From positions 76,570,001 to 76,634,000 of the forward strand of contig OX597817.1 in assembly GCA_951406725.2 (NCBI GenBank): a stretch of DNA of 64,000 bases, read 5' to 3'. Shown piece by piece: positions 1 through 13,799 of this stretch. This DNA comes from Octopus vulgaris (taxonomy: Eukaryota). The position numbers and the translations under genes are program-made. Under the pieces are notes generated by a model. The model did no database searches and was not told the DNA's origin. It saw only the letters and a program-made list of their open reading frames with translations. The first letter of the stretch is position 1. The number at the start of each line of letters is the position of its first letter.

Positions 1-60
1 TATGTGTGTGTGTCTGTCTGTCTGTCTATCTATTTATTTATCTATCTATCTATCTATCTA

Positions 61-975
61 TTTTCGGGCCAGGGCCCATGGACAACTTCCAGAGATCCCT
101 GGCCTTGCAGTGCTACCGAGAAGCGCTACCCGTTCGGGATAAGCTCTACAGACACGGCTCGAGAAACACGGGGCCGACCTGCCCGAGATGCGGTCAGAGC
201 GACGAAACCGTTCTGCACGCACTCGTTCAGTGTCCAACAATTTCCGACCTGTGGGCTTATGTCGAACAACTGCTGTCACGTGTGGGACGAGTCGGTTTAT
301 CAGCTGAGTCTATCGTCAATATTGTCACGCCCCTTCCTTCAAACGGGAAGGAAGAGCTATTTTCATCATCCTTGTGGCTATGGCGAAAGAATGTATCTGG
401 TGGACGCGTCTGAAAGGATTGGAGACAAACACTTTCCTCTCTGGTCAATCTCTCATCAACTTCTTCAAGTACCACTTGAAAAGGAAAGTGAGAGTAGAGA
501 GGCAAGTTTTGTCTAGCGAATGTTTTAAAAAAAGATGGGTGAATGTAGCAAGAATGGCACGTATGAATGACGAAGCCACCTTGAGCATAGTCCTATGAAC
601 CCAGAAATCGAAAACAGAGAGTTGCTTATTTGCAAAAAAAAAAAAAAAAAAAAGAAATATAAAATGTGACTTCATTGACCGAGGTTACCGTGGTCTTTTC
701 CGTAGGCTTTTCTTTCCACGGGTAAACCTCACCTGTCCTCCCCTTTACACTTCATATTGACATTTCTGTGATAACGATCCCTATTGATCAATTTTTTTTC
801 CTCCCCCCTTTTTTTTTAACCCCCTTTTTTTGTCCTCTTTCTCTCCTTTTACGATCCCTTTTGATCGAAACTCCCCCTTCCTTTTTTTTTTTTTTTTTTT
901 AACCTTCAAAAGAAAAGCTCTACCTTGTAATTTGTTCTATCTGTGTGCAGCCCTGTGTGGCTAATAAAGAAACAT
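61..975 (+). mobile_element. 5'-truncated Tx1/L1-group LINE: ORF2 C-terminus (CCHC zinc knuckle, one frameshift) plus 3' UTR
   Basis: Translation ...LPVRDKLYRHG...CPRCGQSDETVLHALVQC...LW, then after a frameshift ...AKECIWWTR...KKRW...stop at 598. Pyrimidine-rich 3' UTR and AATAAA at 963-968. (TCTA)n on both sides. Confidence 0.85.
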
Positions 976-1006
976 ATCTACTTATCTATCTATCTAACTA
1001 TGTCTG

Positions 1007-1080
<74 letters not shown>

Positions 1081-1089
1081 CATCCGTCC

Positions 1090-1168
<79 letters not shown>
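976..1168. repeat. (TCTA)n tetranucleotide microsatellite
   Basis: Direct reading. Confidence 0.95.
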
Positions 1169-1253
1169 AATGAATAATAGCAAATGTGTATGAAAATATA
1201 AGTGGGACGTGATGCAGACAGGAAAATGAAATCGAGAAACGAGATATGATAAA

Positions 1254-1372
1254 CTGTCACGTGACAGAAAGGCATTTGGTAAATGTGGTCAGGAGTAGAT
1301 GATCAAATAACAGGCCAAACTGCTCGATGTTCCGGCGGAAGTGGATCGAACTGTTTACTAAATCGGCAGGTG
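1254..1372. promoter_or_regulatory. Possible cis-regulatory cluster (palindromic E-box, ETS-like cores, second E-box)
   Basis: Perfect palindrome CTGTCACGTGACAG at 1254-1267, TTCCGGCGGAAGT at 1330-1342, CAGGTG near 1367. Motif matches only. Confidence 0.2.
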
Positions 1373-1441
1373 TTACGGGAGAAATGCATGTATAGCGAAA
1401 AAACGTAGCAGGAATAGGAGGAGAGCGAGAGAGAGCGAGCG

Positions 1442-1484
<43 letters not shown>

Positions 1485-1663
1485 GGGAGAGAGAGAGAGA
1501 GAAGTGAAGAAGTAAGAGACAGATTGTGAAAGGAGTACAGAAAGTTGTTGAAGACAGATGGAGAGCTAAGGGATCTATAAAGTGATTAATAGACATTCGC
1601 ACACATACATAATGTATGTATGTACATCTGTATGTATGTATACATATATGTAGATAGATATAA

Positions 1664-1726
<63 letters not shown>

Positions 1727-1794
1727 AATAAAATAGAACATATGCATATATATAAACATATATGTACGTACCTACCTCTACATGTACATATACA

Positions 1795-1846
<52 letters not shown>

Positions 1847-2272
1847 CACATATATACATATACATACATATTTATACACAGACAACACACACACACACAT
1901 ACAGAATGACACACACAGATATATAGATAGATAGATAAATTGATAATTATATATATACACATACATACAGACATATATACATACATAGGTATAGAGAATG
2001 AGAGAGGGAGGAAAGGAACAAGAACAAGAGCTAAGAAGGATAAATTTGATTATTTTGGTACATACAAGGACATACATAACGTACGCTCACACGCACGAAC
2101 ACACACACAAACACGCAGACACACACGCAGACACACATATGCGCATAAATACACAGTCACACACGTACCTATATGTATGTCGATATTCACACGTAGAGTA
2201 ACTGAGAGTGGAAGCAGAGTAAGGGAGTATGGTATGTATGTATGTGTGTGTGTGTGTGCTTGCGTGTGTGAG

Positions 2273-2321
<49 letters not shown>

Positions 2322-2795
2322 GAGAGAGAGAGAGAAATACGTTGGGAGGCTGGACAACTTTCGATAAACTCTAGATTGTTAAATTGATAGATTGGTAAAT
2401 AGTCCAAAACAGTCATACATTTACACGTTCACTCATACTGTTACGTACACATGTGCATACTCACATAAACCCATACAATGAATATGGGAATGCCTAGCTA
2501 AATGGACTGAGATATTGAGAGCTAGATCGATATGAATGCGTGTGCACGCGTGTGTGGGTGTATCGAAGTAACGAAATGACGATAAAAATACCAGATAGTT
2601 TCATACACACACATTCACACACATATACATACATACACACACATAAACAGACAAAAATACGTATGTATACATATATATGTGTGTATATGTATGTATGTAT
2701 ATGTATATATATGTATATATGTATGTGTGTGTATGTGTAAGTGTATATATATATATATATATATACACACACTCACATTCACACACACACACACA

Positions 2796-2868
<73 letters not shown>

Positions 2869-2869
2869 C

Positions 2870-3020
2870 GCTAGCCACTACGCATTCTTTATTTTCTTTC
2901 CTTGTTTCTTTGTCCGTTCCTTTCTGTGGAAGAGCGTAGGCTCGAAACGTTAAAGAATTTTTCCCTCCCCGAGCATTAAATTAATACATCTGTTAGTTGT
3001 CTACATCACCTGCCTTCCTC
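2870..3020 (+). mobile_element. Penelope-like terminal fragment with degenerate hammerhead-like motif
   Basis: GAAGAGCGTAGGCTCGAAACGT at about 2929-2950. Homologous to 20762-20948. Follows a (CA)/(TA) run. Confidence 0.5.
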
Positions 3021-4508
3021 AAGCCGGCATGATGTATATTCTGAACTTATGCGGGATACTGGACTGTGAGGAAGGGATATTTGTTCTCGAGTTGGAGTCG
3101 GCGTAGATTAAAAATCGTGATTGACATTCTTACACTCCCGCCAGCCACACAGTTTTCGATTGATACATTATTTTAATGTCTCTGAAAGAAAAGAATTATT
3201 TGAACTCTGAATGTAAAGTATCAGAATAAATAACGAAAGACACTGTATCTGATGCTCTAATGACTCTCTAATTTACAAACGTAATAAAATTAATTAAAAC
3301 AGTGGAATACATGATATATACTGTTCCGAAGACGAGAAATACAATTCGAAAATGATCTTTCGTCAAAGCAACATGTATTACGCTATAATCTTGAAATACC
3401 TTATTCTCATCTCAGTCTACTTTATTTCTGTATGTCTATAGAACCTACAGTGTATTTACAGTGTATTCTAATCATGTTTCTGATTTTGATACGATTTTAT
3501 ATGTTGTATCAAAAATTGAGTGTGTTTAGGAAATACTGATAGAATTTCCATTACCTAATCCGTATCGTTAAGAAAATTTTATTTCTGAATCATATAACGA
3601 AGACTGATTAACAAGAGAAAAGCTTTCAAAATGGCGGAGGTGGGTGAGACATCAAAGAAGTGGATTGATTGTGTTACATTATTTAGTCTCGACTATCTAG
3701 ATTTTGATTTTGAATCTTGCCCGCGTCAATTTTATAGATATCGTAACTCTTGTTAAATTAAGCATGAGTAATAAACTGATTGTATTTAAATCCAGGAAGC
3801 AACAAATAATTTATGCTAATTGTCTGCTGCTTGCTGGTGTTACCTATTGAAGGTAGGTTGGCTTGGAACAGCAACGAGAAGAGGTTGTTTAACGTTATGG
3901 ATTCGAGGTAACAGGATTCAAATTGCCGATATAACGACTCATAGTTAAACAACCCATTCAACTGTTTCCAGCCAGTTACAAGTCTTCTGTTCCCAACATA
4001 CCATTCTCATTGAGAATGGCCATTTCGCTTATGAAACAGAAACCAATTCTTCGATAACATTTTTTTCGAGCGTTTTCAAATAAGAGAACTAAGCCAGCAA
4101 TGATTTAATCTCGAACGTTATAGACACACAGACAGCAATAATGGCGTAATGTGAGTCGTTGATCCTTCCACTGATATTCAAGTACCCTTCTGTCATTATT
4201 GATCCGCTACAAGGCTCCACTGTATATTATAACTTACCCATGAACTTGATAAATTCTCACACGGAATAATACCAATCAGTCATTCATTTTTCTTTCACGC
4301 ACTCCACTCCCCATCCACTCAACTTCCACAGTCTTTTATTTCTTGGTTTCTTTCTTCATTTTTTATTCCTTTTTATCTCATTCTTCTTTCGTCGAGTTGG
4401 CTTTGTTTCCCTATTCTCTCTTCTCCATTCTGCTTTCTTCTTTTTTCCTTTTCATCGTTTTATACATATATGTATGCATATATAAATGTATATTTATATA
4501 TGTATGTA

Positions 4509-4590
<82 letters not shown>

Positions 4591-5040
4591 CATACACACA
4601 TAAATACATACATTTACTTACATACATGTGGCACCATGCACAGGCGCGCACACACACCCCACATACACACATTTGATACTTTTCTTTCTCCTTGAAATTT
4701 TAGCGTATAGTTGTTTTTTGTTCCTTTCTTTCAAGATTGAGCTGTTTTATAATAATCGTTTTAGTTTAAGACTTTGAGTGACTTTTCTCGGCTGACTTAA
4801 TTAATAGCTGCAGCAACTAATAAGAAAGAAGTTTCAACGCACTAACACACACGCGCGCACACACACACAGACAGACGCACACCGACACACACTGACACAC
4901 ACTCTCTCACACATATATACATACACATACACACGTACACACAAGTATACAAATACATACGCATCACCCGTTCTCTCGCACCCACGTATTAATACACACA
5001 TGTACACTGCGACATGCATACATACACACACACATAAATG

Positions 5041-5108
<68 letters not shown>

Positions 5109-5325
5109 TATATAGATACATATATATGTACATATATAGGTGTGTGTGTATATATATATATACACATATAGATATACATACATGCACATATATATATACA
5201 TACATATATATATATATTTACACACACATTTATGCGCACATACGCACACACGCAAACACAGGCGCGCATAGTAGGCATGCACTGTGTTCAGTGACATACG
5301 TGCGGACATATATTCATATATGTTC

Positions 5326-5397
<72 letters not shown>

Positions 5398-5670
5398 GTG
5401 TGTGTGTGTACATGTGTGTACATGTGTTTATGTATGTGTATATATATATATGTATATGCGCATATATTTGCATACAGTTACCCTGAACGTATTCCATTCC
5501 GTATCGGAAGACGGCTTACAGTCATAATATCCATCAAAGTGCGCGAAACACTTTCTATCAAGTGTAACCTACAAATCCTGTAATTTATATTTTTTTTTAA
5601 CATTCAGTCATACATACACTAGATATATACATGCGCATACACTCTTTTTCTCTCTTATACAGATACTCAC

Positions 5671-5724
<54 letters not shown>

Positions 5725-5775
5725 AATGTACATATATATATATATATAAACATAAATATAAATGTATATATTCAG

Positions 5776-5824
<49 letters not shown>

Positions 5825-6145
5825 CATGCATACAAACACACACACACACACACATATATATATTTGTTTATATATATATATATATATATGTACATACATG
5901 TATTTACATACATAGCCATAGATAGATATGCACACACAGATACGTGTATATATATACATATATAATATTATTACAAATTTGGGATTTTACCAATAGGACC
6001 ACAGCTTCAATTGCAGGACAAAATAGAAATAAATAAATATATATATATATATATATATAACACTATTGTATTACTGAGCGCCTTCGCGTCGATTCGATTC
6101 GATTCGTTTGGTTTGGTTTGGTTTCTTCTTCTTCTCTAAGCTGGT

Positions 6146-6193
<48 letters not shown>

Positions 6194-6789
6194 CTTCTTA
6201 ATATATTTTTACAAAATTTAAAAGATTTTAAAATTATAAAATTATAAATTTAAAAAATTCATAAAAATTTAATAAAATTAAACAACTAAAAATGCATTAG
6301 CGATATATATATAGAAAGTGCTGAACATAAAGGAACTCTCATCGGTTATTTTATAAACATGTTAAATTAAACCGCCTATCTATATAAACTTTACGGGAAT
6401 TACACGCACACACACGCACACACACACATTTATATATACACAAATACATACATACACATTCACACACACATACATATATTTATATATGTATGTATATACC
6501 ATATGTAGTTACTTGCACATATATACAAATATATATGCATATTTATATAAAAATGTGTGTGTGAGTTTTTGTGTGTATGAGTGTGTATATGTGTGTATGT
6601 GTGTTTGCGTGTGTTTGTATTTAATCCATAACCGAGAGATCGTCCACCCTCAGGTGTAACAATATATTTTTTCTCAGACTTAACAGTTATAGACTAATTA
6701 TCTCGGCTTTCAGACTCCTTGCTGTGTGTTTCTTATTCTAAGTCACATGAGTATGTCCCTATGAACCCGTCACAATCGTGAATACATAT

Positions 6790-6920
6790 GTATGCCCTGT
6801 CATGACGATGGCATCTATTGAGGTAGAAAGACATGTCCCGGACTATTTTCAGAGAAGCCTGTCCTTTTCCGTAATGACATGTCAACTTTGGAGGACTCTT
6901 GATTCTTGAGATTATCTCTC
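6790..6920. repeat. Unclassified dispersed repeat, homologous to about 16822-16955
   Basis: Shared CATGTCAACTTTGG...TTCTTGAGATT block at both loci. Confidence 0.55.
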
Positions 6921-7166
6921 CTTCTCATATGCAACTGGTATTGTCACGTGATAATTTTGGCACATACCTTTTGAGGAGGAGATAGGTTTAGATCAAGTAT
7001 TGAGGTTGTATGTTATTTGATACATATCTATTTGTGACTCTTGTTCATTTAAATGCAACTGGCCACTCTGAACTATTCCCTTTAGCTTCATTTCTGTTTG
7101 AAATATTTAATATATGGATGAAAATATTTAATATATGTATGCATATACATATACATACATATATAT

Positions 7167-7287
<121 letters not shown>

Positions 7288-7335
7288 TATATATCCATAT
7301 ATATATATATATATATATATACAAACATATATATC

Positions 7336-7385
<50 letters not shown>

Positions 7386-8157
7386 AACACGCATGCGGTT
7401 TTATACAAGCATGTATGCAAGCATACATACATGCATGCATACATAAGAATATAGAGTAATACTAGCATAACCAAAACACTAATATACCGAAATATACACA
7501 AGAAAAGCTATAACTTCATTTTTCCTTTGTAATGACGCAAGTTACAAGTAGTTTTTGAAGTTTTCTCCTTCATATATTTCTCTTCACGCCAGAAATATTC
7601 TCCATATATTCTATTATGGAAACACTTTCTAGTACACATAGCAGATAGTTTAAACTCCAAGCCATTTCCTAATGATTGCATAGTGACTGTAAAACTGATG
7701 CTATTAAGTTCCTTCTGCCTTATAGCTATGAAACAAAAAGAGAATAAGACTACGCGAGTCGCTGTCTCATGTACATACAAACACTCACTCACATATACAC
7801 GCTCTTTCTCATTCAATAATTTTTGTCTTTTTATTTTTCAGAATAAATTTCGACTATGTGATTTAATTTAGAGTTGAAACGATTCATAATGATTTCCTTT
7901 CTGTCTAGGTAAACGCCCTATTTTGTTTTTGAAGATCGGGCGATAAATCGATTCCCTCGAAATCCCAATAGATTAATGGAAGTTATTTCAGCAGCAACTT
8001 CTGTGCTGAGAGGAAATGAAACGCAAAGTGAAGGTACGATTTGATCGGAAAGCGTAAGGCATCAAAATTGAAGTAACGACAAAAATCAAGAATATAGCGA
8101 TAATTGAATATAATCCCAAAACTAGCGGTACTCTGGCTCTGCAAATTCAACGCTGCA

Positions 8158-8190
8158 ATAATAATATTAATAATAATAATAATAATAATG

Positions 8191-8235
<45 letters not shown>

Positions 8236-8236
8236 G

Positions 8237-8319
<83 letters not shown>

Positions 8320-8355
8320 TTAATGATAATGATGATGATGATGATGATGATGATG

Positions 8356-8409
<54 letters not shown>

Positions 8410-8416
8410 GTAATAA
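8158..8416. repeat. Compound (TAA)n-(TGA)n-(TAA)n microsatellite forming the tail of a SINE
   Basis: Direct reading; abuts the AATCCTTTCTA SINE 3' end. Confidence 0.9.
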
Positions 8417-8710
8417 TCCTTTCTACTGGAAGCAAAAGATCTCAATATTTTCCCTAACGCGCTAGCGATTCACCCAACTCGCTGCATTAATATTAGTAAT
8501 ACTTTTGGCGCAAGATCACCGATTCTAGTGGTAGACTAATCGATTATATCAACGCCAGTGTTTAACTGGTACTTATTATATCGACCACGAAAAATTGGAA
8601 GGCAAAATCTCTCGCGGCGGAATTTGAACTCAGAACACAAAGAGCCGAAAGAAATGCCGTTATGCATTTGGTCCGACGCGCTATCAGTTACTGCCAAATT
8701 GCTACCTTCT
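8414..8710 (-). mobile_element. SINE family B copies (GGCGGCGAGCTGGCAG head; GCCTTTCATCCTTTCGGGGTCGATAA core)
   Basis: Reverse complement matches the many other copies in this window (GGAATTTGAACTCAGAAC, CTGGTACTTATT..ATCGAC). Confidence 0.75.
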
Positions 8711-9785
8711 TACGATTTATGTATTTATATGATGGAAAAAAAGAAAGAAATAGAATTATTGTGTAGAATAGTAAAGAATAAAACAGATAAAGGAATTGGA
8801 ATTTAAGTTCTGTTACTACTGTTTTAACAAATATCTAAGAAGGCCGGTTAATCTTTGATAATAGATAAGATATCAGATCATATGAAAGTATCACCTGCCA
8901 TAAACTGGCGACCTATCAAAGTGTTGACTGATTCCTCATTCACTTCAACACCATGAAACACAACTAAGCTTTGACACTGAAAGTCTGTCTTCTCGAAGCT
9001 CCTCAATATTTATAATTCAAGAAAGACAGTGTTATAAGTTTATTTTCTCCCTTTTCAACTGTGCATTCTTAAGAAGATTTCACTCGTTATCTTAAACTTC
9101 AGTTCAAATCATACAAGTTCATTTTAATCTTTCCTATCTCCAGCATTGAAGAAAATAATCACATGAAGCGATTAAAAAAGAGAAAATGAAATAAAATTCG
9201 GAAGCTTATTAATTTTTTAAATTACAAATGGCATACAGTTAGCTGTGTTTTCTTCCTTTTGGTATGTGCAATTACTTATATCTTAACCAAATTTATTTGT
9301 TCATATTTGGATAACGCGAGCTTGCGTTGTTGTGTTTTTTTTGACCGCGGGGTTACTAATGTCGCGTTTTTGGAATTAATGCGTGTGGTATCATTGTCAA
9401 AATTGATGTTGTTGCTATATTAATCGTGGTTTAAGATGGTTGGCTGCATATATTTCACCAAAAGCAAAGCCGTGCACTTTTAATCACTGATTTTTTTAAA
9501 GAAAGGCTGAGGATGTATGCGTACAAAAATGATCAAATCCTCACTGGTAACAAGACTAGGATGTAAGTATTGACTTAACTGCATGTGTTCGGCAATTTGA
9601 TGTATTTCTTTCGGTTCTTCACCTTCACAGTTTAAATCCCGTTGACGTCAAAATTATCCTTTTCAAGCCGCCGTGTCAATAAAATTAACTACTCTTCTTC
9701 GAAGACTGGGATCTATTGCATCGACTAACCAACTCCCTTTAGTTTGCTGGCACGTGGCTAAACCATAAATTAATATTATAATTAA

Positions 9786-10550
9786 GGGCGGCATACTGGC
9801 AGAACCATTTGCACACTGGATGAAATAGTGGCATTTTTTTGTCCGTCCTTATGTTCTGAGTTCAAATTCCGCCGAGATTTATTTTGCTTTTCATCCTTTC
9901 AGAGTCGATAAAAAAAGTACCAGTTGAACGCTGGGGTCGATTTACTCGACTTGTCCCCCACCTTCCCCAAAACTGTTGGTCTTCTGTCGAAATCTGAAAC
10001 CAATATGATTCATAAACGTGGCGTAGTGGCAGGATCATTAGCACGACAGGCAAAATATTTAGCGGAATTTCGTCCGTCTTTACGTTCTGAGTTCAAATAC
10101 TGCCGAGGTCGACTTTACCCTTCAGCTTTTCGGGATCGATACAACAAGTACCAGTTGAACACTGGGGTTGACGTAATCGACGACTTACCCCCTCCCTCAA
10201 ATAGCTGGCCTTATGCCAAAATTTGATGCCAATATTATTATTTAGGGCTCCGTGCTGGCAGAATCGTTATCACACCGGGAAAAATGCTTTCTCGCATTTT
10301 ATCTATTCATATTTACGATCTGAGTTCAAGTTCCACCGATGTCAACTTTGTTTTTCCTCCTTTCGGGGATCAATAAATTAAATACCAATCCAATATTGGT
10401 TTCGATGTAAGCACATCGGACAAAACTTTGCCTTTCATGTCGACTTTGACTTTTATCCTTTCGCGGCCAGCAAATAATGTACTAGCTCACTAAGGAAACT
10501 AATCGCTTTCTTCTAAAATTGCTGGTGTTGCGCTAACATTTGAAACAATT
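9786..10550 (+). mobile_element. Tandem cluster of three or more SINE family B copies
   Basis: Repeated TGGCAG..TTCTGAGTTCAAAT.CCGCCGAG..GCCTTTCATCCTTTC units starting at about 9786, 10017 and 10245. Confidence 0.8.
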
Positions 10551-11640
10551 AGTATTAATATCATTGAAACAGACATGTTTCGTTTTGCTCTCCCATATCA
10601 AGGAGTTTTTCCAACAAAAATTATGCAGAAAGAAACAATTTTTAATGCACAGCTTTAAATAAAGAGATAAAAATTTAGTTCTTTCCATTATTTCCCCCTC
10701 GTTTAGATAAAAAGATACTTAAATTTTCTAAGAATAAATTTATTTTCTACAGTCGTATTCCCCAAACAAAATGGCAACAACTTGTAAAATACACCCCCTG
10801 CTCTAAAATTTCCGACGTAAATAAACACGTTTTTAAAGACAATAAACAGAAAAAGAAGCAAATTCAATTGCTCAACAGAACATTTAATTTACAATAAAAG
10901 TATTGCTTTCTGACTGAAAAAAAATAATGTTTTGAATTATTTGAATGACACGAATAACGATAACAGTTATACCGAAGCATACTCACATACACACAAACAC
11001 ACTTTCACAAACACACATACTCGCACATTCATATATATACGCTAATTTTGATATGTGATGATAGAAATTAAGAAACTATTACACGTTGCTAATTCGTTTC
11101 TTTATATAGCGCTACCTCAAACAGGGCCGACACAACATAACGGATAAAACGGCTGCTTTTTAGAGCTGAGTGACAAGGGAATTTGTACGCATACCTCATC
11201 TCCTTCTGGAATAGGGAAGAGAAGAATAACACCTATTATTTCTGGCTTGAAAGATACAGTGGATCTTTTTTACGTTTGCGAATAAACAATTGAAACAGCC
11301 CTGGATAATGTATATAGTATGACTTTTCTTTGACAAAGGTAGACACTGCGGAACTGAACGGAAAGAAGACAAGAAAGAAAGATAAGCAAACCAAGTTTGT
11401 GTCTTATCTACATAAGACACAGTGGTATATTTTGCATGCTGTAGCCATTTTGTACTTTAGTTAGAGCGATGCAACAAAATGGCTACTGTAAGAGTTATTG
11501 AGGATGACGTTGACTGTTGACTCTCCATCACCTCTGTGGCATAGTACAACCAGGGAAATAAAATATAAATGAAGCACACATACAACAATCAATCAAAAAG
11601 AGAAAACAAAACTTAGATTTTATAAATATATATATATTTT

Positions 11641-12055
11641 ACTTTCTTCTAAAGACACAGGACCTGAATACATAGTGTTGGAGAATAGTCGATTACCCCG
11701 AGCCTCGTACTAATTTCATCAACAAGTCGACCTCGGCAGAAATACAACTCAAAACGTAATGCCAGAAAAAAAAATTGCCGATAAACATTCTTACCGGAGT
11801 GCTAATGATTTTATCAATTCGACACGATCATGCATTTTACATATTGAGTTCAAATTTTGGCACAAGGCCAGAAATTTGAGAAAGTGGGTTAGTCGATTAC
11901 ATCGACTCCACTGCACAACTGGTACTTATTTTATCGACCCCAAAGGGATGAGTGGCAAAGTCGACCTCAACGAAATTTAAAACTCAGAACGAAAAGACGG
12001 ACGAAATACCGCTAAGTATTTTGCTCGGTTGCGGTAATGATTCTACCAGCTTGTG
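11641..12055 (-). mobile_element. Two SINE family B copies
   Basis: AAGTCGACCTC and CTGGTACTTATTTTATCGACCC motifs. Confidence 0.7.
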
Positions 12056-12682
12056 ACCATCCTGCATTTAACATATTAAAGTTAATATTTTATTGGAAGC
12101 TGAATCCTCAAAAACCATTCCTTCAAGTGCCGATTTGTGAAGTTTCAGTTTCTATTCAAAAATATAACAATCTAGACTTGGTATTTAACGCTCTCGTTCT
12201 CCATCTTTTAATATCTATATACATACACTCGCTCGCTTCCACATATACATATACGTGTGTGTCAGTGTGTCTATGAATGTACATTAAACATATATGCATA
12301 TCTTGTAACTTATATGTGCATTAACACACATGCATACTCATATACATTCAAATATACATGCACATACACATATACATAAATATGTGTGTTTGTGCACGTA
12401 TGCTTGTATGAGTGTGCATGTGCATATATATTAAATATACATGCATATAAATATAGGAGTATTTACACATATGTATTTACGCACACATATTCATGTACAA
12501 TCATATATACATATTTGTGTACATATGCATATACATACGTATATACATAAATACGCACATACACGTATACATGCATCCACAAATATATGTGCATGTCAAA
12601 TAAACGAAGAATTCATTGCCAAAAGAGTTCATTGTATGTCGTACGTATGTATTTATATTCGCATGTAAGAATATACATACAC

Positions 12683-12770
<88 letters not shown>

Positions 12771-12786
12771 GTCTGTCTGTCTGTCA

Positions 12787-12818
<32 letters not shown>

Positions 12819-13034
12819 GTCTGTCTGTCTGTCTATGAATCTATCTATATATCTGTCTGTCTGTCTGTTTGTCTGTCTATCTATCTATCTAGCTGTCTAT
12901 CTATCTATCTATCTATCTATCTATCAGTCTATCTATCTATCTATCAGTCTATCTGTATGTATGTCTATCTATCTGGCACTGTCTCTCTCTCCCCACTTTC
13001 TCTCTTTCTCTCTCTCTCTATCTATATATCTATC

Positions 13035-13083
<49 letters not shown>

Positions 13084-13652
13084 CGTTGTGTATATCATTC
13101 CGTTTCATAGACGCATACATCACTTACACGAATGCATTAAACAAGCGTCCAACAATCATTTGAACTTTTCAATGTTCAGCTAGGTTTCCATTACAGAGGA
13201 ACAGATTCGAAAACATTACAACATCCACACAAACTCTTGCTATTTACATTAGCACTTGAGCCAGCAGTGATATATACGTTATTTTAGCAGTCAAATAAAA
13301 AGCGGTGATTTGACCCCAGCTAGTCTTAGGGTTGCGTGCGAAAATTCTAGAAGTTTGTAAGGTTTTAACCCCAATGGCCAAACAATTCGTGTTGATAATA
13401 GTAATTTTGACAGTATAAAAAATACAACAACAAGAACAAAAACAACAACAACAACTACAACAACAACAATAATAATAACAATAACAATAACAACAACAAT
13501 CAGCTAATTGACATAGGCTAAAAACGCAATAAATAATGCAAAAAAATATAGAAAGAGAACAGTGATATGAGAATCTGATAATAGCTATCGCAACAGTAAC
13601 ATAAACACTATTCACGCTCAAATACACAGACATACACACACAGAGATGTATG

Positions 13653-13723
<71 letters not shown>

Positions 13724-13767
13724 TTATATATGTGTGTGTATACGTCGATATATGTATGTATATATGC

Positions 13768-13799
<32 letters not shown>

